A stretch of DNA of 64,000 nucleotides from Antechinus flavipes (Eukaryota): the NCBI RefSeq assembly GCF_016432865.1, contig NC_067402.1:16802001-16866000 (forward strand), written 5' to 3'. This document shows, one piece after another, positions 57,831 to 64,000 of the stretch. Position 1 is the stretch's first letter. Each line of letters begins with the position of its first letter. The translations under genes were made by a program, and so were the position numbers. Below the pieces are notes generated by a model. It did not search any database. It was not told the DNA's origin and saw only the letters and a program-made list of their open reading frames with translations.

Positions 57831-59318
57831 GTGGAAGCCCTGGTTTTCTTGGTACATAGAACGGCTTACACATCACAGAATGACAAAATAAGAAAATTGT
57901 ACTGGGATTCCGACTGGGAATATCTTCTTTATGTCTTAATTTCTTGGCTTCAGTTTGTAGATCACAGAATTCTAGATATTGGTCTGAAATCAAATACCAT
58001 TTAGTTTAACTCTGTGATGGCTTCTGTAATTGTTTTTATTTTTTAATATTTTTAATATTCTGCAGTCCATGAGTAAATTGTCACATATGTTTCCCACTGT
58101 GTAGTAAAGAAAGGTGTCCTGGGAAATGAGTGGTGAAAGTGTTTACTGCTTGTCATAATTTTCTTCTTATTTCTTTTGCTTTTCAGTTTCAAGCATGTAA
58201 ATTTTACATTACTTCTGTTCAAGATTTAGAAGGGAAATAGTACATGAAAAAAATGGGGAAAAGGAAATGAAAGCTCATAAGAAATAGAATATGATTCAAA
58301 CAAATGCAAGTCAACATCAGGTAATGGAGAGAAAATGTGTCACACATGTTTTCCCAATAACAGTTTTTCCATTTCCTTATCCTGATTGCAAAATCGGATG
58401 CAACACCTAAATAGCTATGATTCTCTGCAAAAAGAAAATGAAGACATTTAATTAATTTCAACTGATATCTGTTATATGCAAGACAAAGCATCATTCTAGG
58501 TCTGGTGGATACAAGGAAAGATATAACAGTCCTTTATTTCGAAGGACTTTCACTTTATTAGGGAGACATGTATACAGAGAAGCAAATCAAAGTAATTTTA
58601 TGAGGGAGAAAGCACTAACAACTGGGAGGATCAAGAAAGACTTTGTATAGTTTTGGCACCTGGGCTGAATCTTACAGAAACCAAGAATTCGAATTCTGTG
58701 ATCCAATCGGAAATAAAATCGCAAAAGAAGCATCCCCTTGTAGAGTAATTCTATGAGTCTATTTATCTATCTAAACATCTATTTAAATATAAGAAAGCAA
58801 GGCAAAACTTGCCACCCCTTCCCTGCTCTCTATATTACTATTAAATCAAACTTCAGAGTAATTTGCATGACCCTACTACTAACTGCCAAAGACATCATGA
58901 GAGTCTAAAGAAATTTATTCACCATAAAGCCAAAGGAAAAAAAAATGACCCAAGAGACTCTTGGTATGCTGGCAGAATGTAACTGTGGGTCTGCCTCATA
59001 AAAGAGCTATAAAATCTTGAGACTGCAAAAAGATTGGTTATGACTCCTTTGAGCTCCCATGGCAGCTACAATTTAGGGGTGGACCAATAGATGGTAATAG
59101 GTGATGATATCAGCAATGCTGGGAAGAAGCAGCCAGGAACAGCTTTGAAGGCAGAGAGATATTCCAACTGGTCCTAGAAATGTAAGTTCCATATTCTACT
59201 TATGTTCCCTCTCCTGTCATTAGGATGAGAATCTGTGACAGAGAATTTGTCAGATTAGTTACTTTGCCATTTCGACTTAAATGACATTGCTTTGAGATAA
59301 TGTGCCTTATGGATTAAG

Positions 59319-59489
59319 NNNNNNNNNNNNNNNNNNNNNNNNNNNNNNNNNNNNNNNNNNNNNNNNNNNNNNNNNNNNNNNNNNNNNNNNNNNNNNNNNN
59401 NNNNNNNNNNNNNNNNNNNNNNNNNNNNNNNNNNNNNNNNNNNNNNNNNNNNNNNNNNNNNNNNNNNNNNNNNNNNNNNNNNNNNNNNN
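59319..59489. other. Assembly gap
   Basis: Run of 171 N. Confidence 1.
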
Positions 59490-59919
59490 GAGATATGGTT
59501 AAACATACTTTGAACCTAATTATTGCCATCAGGAAAATGGTTCCAATTCAGTGCAGATTGTAACTATTGTTGATTACGTATTATGAGATTCTGAAAAATC
59601 CCCAAAGTATAAACAGCATCAGAAGAGGGTCAGATCTCAAATAGAGAGCCTGGGAGGGAATTAGTATAAGCAGGACTTGGCATTCAGAAGCCCTAAGGAT
59701 CTGGGAGTAAGAAATGCATGTAAAAGCAATAGTGTGAGCAATGGTCTGTCTCCTTTTGATATGAGCATTTATTTTTATGTTTATGTCACTACATCAAGGT
59801 CACCCAAAATGCTTTGAAATATGTTACAATAGAGAAAAATCCTGATAGTTGATTCTCTAATAATTAATATCAATGATATCAAGTATCTCTAATAATTAAT
59901 ATCAAGCATAAGCCAGGTA

Positions 59920-60150
59920 GGCTCATGGTAATCAAAGATATTCACCACTGGGATGGAGGGGATACATCCAACAGTGCTATTCAAAAATTTCTTGCACTTG
60001 CTAAAGTCCTCCAAATGTCACTATTTATGGATGACATTGTGCTGAAGAGATCTATAATTACTCGAAGGAGTCTGGCCTATATACCCCTAAAAGGAAAATT
60101 AAATGGATGAAGAACATCTCTTAGCCAGATTTCAATATGTGTTCAATAGA
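59920..60150 (+). mobile_element. RTE LINE reverse-transcriptase fragment
   Basis: ORF 59925-60110 contains LQMSLFMDDIVL, matching the RTE-type L(F/Y)ADD RT motif context. Confidence 0.6.
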
Positions 60151-60211
60151 CACCTTATACAATTTGTCCAACAGTATGTGTCTGGTCAGGTAGGTGGGAA
60201 AGGGGATAGAT

Positions 60212-60365
60212 CACTTATAGTCAGGAAGACTCAGAATCCAGCCTCAGACACTCAATAGCTGTGCGATTCTGGACAAGTCACTTAACCCTAAGGCTTCTAG
60301 TGTCTTTACCAAGAAAACGCTGAATGGGATCACGAAGAATCGGACCTGACCCAAAGAGAACAACA
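60212..60365 (+). mobile_element. MAR1-like SINE
   Basis: GTCAGGAAGACTCAGAATCCAGCCTCAGACAC...GGGATCACGAAGAATCGGAC...AACAAC. Confidence 0.75.
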
Positions 60366-61804
60366 ATATGTATACCTGGGACAGGCAGTAAATTTGGAAA
60401 ATAAACTGATCTCAGAGATGAAAAGGAGAAGGAAAGTGAATTGGACTTAGGCAATTAGGGGGATGATGGATGCACTTGAATTCAGTAAGACCCAACTGTG
60501 AATCCTGTCTTAGATTTTTACTGGCTGTTTCATTCTGGGAAAATCATTTAATTTCTCTTGGCTTGAGGAGGAGGAGGAGGAGGAGGAGAACCCTCCATCT
60601 GTAAGATAGAGCTGATAGTACGTTTTTCATGGGGCTGTTGTGAAGACAGGGTAGGATAATGCTCTTCTAGACCTGCTAAGTCACCAACTAGTCAGAACTA
60701 GAAGGGACTTTGGGGATCAGATCCAGCCCATCAGTTTACTGGGTCTGAAGGAAGTTAAAGCATCTTTCTCACCCTCACCCAGCTCGTGATTGTCCAAGGC
60801 AGGATTTGAACTGCTGGCTTCCTGCCTTCCTCCAAGTCCCCTGGACTAACCACTGAACCATGCTACCTCTTCACTGCCCTTCTCTTAAAGGGCCACATGT
60901 TAGTTATTATGAATTATAATAATTGTTATATTATTTATATTATTATGGGTGTGAGCAGACCCTGACACACAGATCTGAAGCATCTAGGAATCCTATGACA
61001 AGATTTGGGGTTGTACCCCAAGAATGGAAGATGTTGAGTGGGATGCTCGGGGTCCAGAAACTTGAGGAAAAGCCCTGACACGTTGGGTGGACTCTCTACG
61101 GTGAACACGAGGGAGAACCCAGACAAGAGAGTCCAGGATGCAGAGCCCACACGAAAGGGGAATTCCCAGAGATCACACACAGATGCATCCAAGCGTCAAC
61201 TTTCACACGGATATTCTCTGCTGAGGAAGGAAGGTCTTGGTCCCTGTCCCACTGGACGAGCTCGAGCGTTTCTGATCCGTGCTTTGGCTAAAATAAGAAC
61301 GTGCTGGACTTCTAAGTGGGGCACATTCTGTTCCGAGGAAGGGATCAGATTCTTTGTGTCTAGGGCTGCTCCATACTTGGAATCTCAGTCTCTCTGACTG
61401 ACCGGAGGGAAGGACAAGGCAACAAGACTACCCATAAGAAGAAAGATCCCAGGCCAGTCTTCAGAGGGCCACAGAAAAGGAAGCAAAATACCAAGAATTC
61501 CCCTCTGACCCGAGGCAAAAATGGGAATTTTTTTTTTCTGTTAAAAAGGCAAATCTCTGATCGCTATGCTTAAATGGTGCCAAATATGTTATGCTGACCC
61601 TAAGTTCTGGCTTCCCTAGCAAACTTTTTCTTTTAAAGAGTATCTGGCTTAAAGTTCATTCTAGCACTGCCAATTCCTAAAAAGGACATGTTGGAAATTC
61701 CCATTGACAGAGAACATCGCGCTTGGGAGCAAGGATTCCATTTGGTAGATTTCTTTGGGAAACTTGGCTCATTTATTCAAGCTAATAAAGAAATTTAATG
61801 TAAT

Positions 61805-62045
61805 AATAATAATAGCTAACATTTATGGAGCTTTTACTATGTGTCAGGCACTGGGCTAAGTACTTTACAATGATCTCATTTGAGCATCATAACTCTGGGA
61901 GGTAGTTGATATTATTATCTCTAATTTACAGATCAGTAAATTGAAGAAAACAAAGACTAAAGGACTTGCCTAGAGTCATGTAAGTAAGTGTCTGAGATGG
62001 AATTTGATTTCAGGTCTTCCACATCCAGCATCCTATCCACTGTGC
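61805..62045 (-). mobile_element. MIR-like SINE
   Basis: ATAATAGCTAACATTTATGGAGC...TCTCATTTGAGC...TTTACAGAT. Confidence 0.75.
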
Positions 62046-62164
62046 TATTCATCTATCTATATAATATCTATGTAATCTATATCTAAATATATAATAATAA
62101 TATTTATGTATATAATATTTTTTTTGGTTTTGTTTTCTGGGGTTTGTTGTTGTTATTGCTTTGG

Positions 62165-62280
62165 AGAGGCAATTGAGAGTCACACAGCTAGGAAGTGTTA
62201 AGTATCTGAGGCTAGAATTGAATTCAGGTCCTCCTGACTCCAGGGCCAGTGTTCTATCCACTGCCCCATCTAGCTGCCCC
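62165..62280 (-). mobile_element. WSINE1-like SINE
   Basis: GAGGCAATTG...AGGTCCTCCTGACTCCAGGGCCAGTGTTCTATCCACTGCCCCATCTAGCTGCCCC. Confidence 0.85.
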
Positions 62281-63789
62281 ATATAATAACATCAATTTAA
62301 TCACTTAATTAAGTAAACTTGTGATAATTACAACAGGTTTGGAAATTTAGGCAAATGGCAAGTGCCGTTGTAGGAGAGTAGATTGAAACACTTTATCCAA
62401 AAGCACTAACAGTTTTGATTATGGTTCAAGAACCGTAAGATATTTTCTTTTTTTAACATATGAATAGATGAGATCAGTGGAAAGCAAGACCGGTGTTTCC
62501 CAAATCCTGACAATTTGTGAGAAAACTCAAATCATCATGTTGCTATAAAAAAAAATTGTTGCTGCTCTCTCCATGTATTGTGCCTTCCTAAAGATTCTGG
62601 CTAATCAAGAACTCAACTATTGAGCTCCAGAGCCTGGATCCATTTATTACAAAGCTCTCCTTTTGTTGTAGAAACTCAGTCTTGTTTAGAGGACTCAGGG
62701 TTCAGCTGAAAATAAATTGAGCTTTCTTACTTGATTTCATTTTTATACTTTCCATTTCTTTGCCAAGTTAATCAAATTATTTCCATATGAAAAAATTTTG
62801 TAAAAACTCAAGCTTTATTGGCCTTCAAAATGCCTTTGTTTGAAGTAAATAACTATGAAAGAATTCACTTCTCTTGAAACCATTTGCAATTTATTAAACA
62901 GAGTAGCAATATCTGCATATTCAAATTCCAGCATTGACTTTTCTGAATGGATTTGTGTATGATTAGTTTCCCCAAACCAAGCTATTAAAATGTGCATATT
63001 ATATGTGAAATGTTTATTATTTGTAGAGTCTAGTTTTACATACTGTGACACTCTGTATTCTACATATAAATATCTGCGTACATGAACCATTTGGGTGTAT
63101 AAAATGAAACTACCTGAACGCTTAAAAAAAAAATTAGAGTGAAACCTAAAAGTGTCTATAAAAAGAAATTCATTAGAGATTTCAAAATATCCGTAAGTGC
63201 TAAATAAGCTTTCCAGAAATCAGTGATTATACTGCAAACGTGTCACAAGGGGAACTGTTAACAAGTGTGACTTTGCCAGCGGTCGGAAGGCTGCCAACAC
63301 TTAATTGGCTTTAAAGTTGGTGTGCTATCAATGGTTCATTGTATCTCGATGGCAATAATGCCAACGTTTAGGATTCGGGCCTTAAATGGGGGCTAAGATA
63401 TGGCTAACTGAGGCACAGAATGTCCCCTGCCTGGTGGTACAATTTGGCTTTGGATGGACTTATTGGCAAGGAGCGTCCTTCAAGTGACGTGGAGCACAGC
63501 CATCGGTGAGTGGACATCTTGGCAACTCTGCTTCCGGGGAGTCCCAGGATTTCAGAGAGGGAAGGGGGCGAGCGTTGGAGATCTTCAAGCAGACCTGGAC
63601 GACGACTAAATGGGAAAGTTTATTTGGTGTAGATGGGGACCAGGTGGTCACAGAGGGCGTTTCTAAAGGTCATAGTCTGTGATCCCGCAGGAGTTCAGGG
63701 GTTATTGAATCCAACCCATTTCTTTCTTTCTTTTTTATTATTATTATTTTTAATCCAACCCATTTCTAAAAAAGAGTCCCTACTACAAC

Positions 63790-63915
63790 ATACCAGACAA
63801 TATAAACTCCTTGAGGACAAAGAAGGCTTCGTTTCTGGTTTTATATTTATTAAGAGCCTCCTATGCTCTACCTGGCACACAGTAGGCACTTAATCAATGT
63901 TTATTGAATTTAATT
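63790..63915 (+). mobile_element. L2 3' end
   Basis: TAAACTCCTTGAGGACAAAG...CCTGGCACACAGTAGGCACTTAATCAATGTTTATTGAAT. Confidence 0.85.
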
Positions 63916-64000
63916 AAAATTGACAAGTGATCATTCAACTTTTGATTGAAGACATCAGATGAGGCAGGAATCACGACCCCATTTTGGACCTCTCTGTGAG

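Noticed and set aside
59854-59905. 20-bp direct repeat TCTCTAATAATTAATATCAA at a 32-bp period
   Set aside because: Simple local duplication in AT-rich DNA; nothing suggests function.
29000-64000. TAX1BP1 exons or promoter, expected by synteny
   Set aside because: No second CpG island and no SKICH-domain-like coding sequence recognised; the gene presumably starts beyond the right edge.

Overview
Eukaryotic genomic DNA from a marsupial, most likely a dasyurid such as the Tasmanian devil. The evidence is WSINE1-like and MAR1-like SINEs, dasyurid-type L1 3' ends, two OC1-like hAT MITEs, and five short N-gaps typical of a short-read draft assembly. The only protein-coding gene I can support is the 5' half of HIBADH (mitochondrial 3-hydroxyisobutyrate dehydrogenase) on the minus strand. 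Its exons are exon 1 at 27969-28059, exon 2 at 18600-18757, exon 3 at 2801-2910 and exon 4 at 1017-1138; all have GT-AG boundaries and matching phases, and exons 5-8 lie left of the window. A CpG-island promoter sits at about 27.5-29.0 kb. The remaining ~35 kb is repeat-rich intergenic DNA towards the expected neighbour TAX1BP1, which is not seen. Apart from the ORFs overlapping HIBADH exons and a few decayed L1, L2, CR1 and RTE fragments, the supplied ORFs are artefacts of simple repeats or GC-rich DNA. I found no convincing new biological system (no viral insert, novel gene cluster or CRISPR array). The best leads are: a near-consensus CTCF motif in a SINE head with oppositely oriented motifs at the promoter; a GC3/CpG-shifted exon 3; two unusual HIBADH protein changes (DAPVSG to DSPVSG, and a one-residue deletion); a DM2-like CCTG/TCTG repeat next to a splice donor; CpG-retaining candidate enhancers (one with a SOXE dimer site) in the HoxA regulatory landscape; and a well-formed unannotated plus-strand exon candidate. 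Repeat family names and most repeat boundaries were judged by eye and are approximate; comparisons with human and mouse HIBADH are from memory.
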